Source: a virus
Lineage: Duplodnaviria > Caudoviricetes
IMG/VR virus record: IMGVR_UViG_3300028400_000012
Coordinates: 1 to 44,784 of that record
Direction: 5' to 3' (one strand)
DNA length: 44,784 bases
Position 1 is the first letter of the stretch. Each line of letters starts with the position of its first letter. The notes under the pieces are model-generated. The model was not told the origin of the DNA and made no database searches. It saw only the letters and a list, made by a program, of their open reading frames with translations. The position numbers and the translations under genes were made by a program. This document shows, one piece after another, positions 44,057 to 44,784 of the stretch.

Positions 44057-44528
44057 TTTCTAGCCTCCTAAAATATTTTTTTGTTCTTCTTAACTTTTCT
44101 GCTATTACAGGTGCACGGCTAAATATTATATCAGCCCCCTGTTTGTAATTATTTGGTTTTGTTTGCAATGCCCATAGATAAGCTTCATCTGCAATGTCAT
44201 TTTTCTCCTGTTTTGTTCTCGGCGTGTAACCATATCTTTTTAGCGCATGCCCGACAATTTTAAATCTATCTTCATATAGCTTTATTTTGTCGTCATAGCT
44301 TATACCCGCTGGTTTATTCACCGCTTCAAAATACTCTTTTATTTTTCTTGTAACATCACTATTCAAGACTTTTTCGATAACATCATCAGGATAAATTCCG
44401 CCACGCTGCTGCCACCCCAGCGTTATCCAGCCTCTATTTAAGGCTCTATAATAAACCGGACGCGATATAACGCCCAGCTCTCTCAATACTCCCAAATCTT
44501 TCTTTGAGACGCTTATTTTTGTTCTCAT
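44034..44528 (-). CDS. Hypothetical protein, possibly DNA-binding
   Basis: Start MRTKISVSK with AGGAG SD; ELGVISRPVYYR is HTH-like. Confidence 0.7.
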   Translation of the reverse strand: MRTKISVSKKDLGVLRELGVISRPVYYRALNRGWITLGWQQRGGIYPDDVIEKVLNSDVTRKIKEYFEAVNKPAGISYDDKIKLYEDRFKIVGHALKRYGYTPRTKQEKNDIADEAYLWALQTKPNNYKQGADIIFSRAPVIAEKLRRTKKYFRRLENDENRFR

Positions 44529-44784
44529 TCTATCTCCTGAATTTCGCACTCTAAACCCAAAATAGGATTTACTTCATATTCCTCAATGTTTTTCCATTCT
44601 TCGCCTGTGAAGTACCAGTAGATAGCTCCAGAGCGACGCTTAAAAGTCCATTCTCTAATAACCGCGCCGGGTCTAAAAGTCCCAAGAATCCCGGCTTCAC
44701 GTGCTGCAACTGATTTATTGAACCAAACTGCCCGGTTGTTGCCGTCGGCATCTTCCAATACTTCAAAGTCATACACAGCTTTGA
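44525..44784 (-). CDS. 3' part of the junction-spanning hypothetical protein
   Basis: YDFEVLEDADGNN... is in frame with the ORF starting at 371. Confidence 0.85.
   Translation of the reverse strand, partial: KAVYDFEVLEDADGNNRAVWFNKSVAAREAGILGTFRPGAVIREWTFKRRSGAIYWYFTGEEWKNIEEYEVNPILGLECEIQEIE
44649..44784. repeat. Terminal direct repeat (right copy)
   Basis: Matches 1-136 with one mismatch; unit length 44648 bp. Confidence 0.97.

Overview
This window is an apparently complete, circularly permuted ~44.65 kb genome of an AT-rich siphovirus-like dsDNA phage. Bases 1-136 repeat at 44649-44784 with one mismatch, and one ORF reads through the junction. The ThyX sequence and the TGnTATAAT/AAGGA-type signals suggest a Campylobacterota host (inference). 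Modules: lambda-O-like initiator with iterons, a DnaB helicase split into two genes, RecT plus a PD-(D/E)XK exonuclease, a lysis cassette, tail genes with a GGGAAAG -1 frameshift, a P22-like capsid, an inverted portal/neck block, a MuF-ADP-ribosyltransferase fusion, a PBSX terminase, ParB-N plus a Mom-like DNA-modification enzyme, NinG, ThyX, dUTPase, HNH nucleases and SprT. I saw no integrase or CI repressor. Three unannotated elements stand out. (1) A 75-nt tRNA-Gly mimic (29268-29342) with its own promoter overlaps the end of the mom gene; it keeps GlyRS identity elements but has defects that should block decoding, so it may be a dedicated glycyl donor for DNA hypermodification. (2) Seven dispersed near-consensus sigma70 promoter cassettes carry a TTATAAC(A)-(T)GTTATAA palindrome and a shared (AAC)TTTAGGAG(G) leader in front of small early/anti-defence genes such as ArdB. 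(3) A ~118-nt three-hairpin sRNA candidate (4710-4827) displays the exact complement of that leader in a loop. All calls come from reading the sequence by eye; no searches were run.
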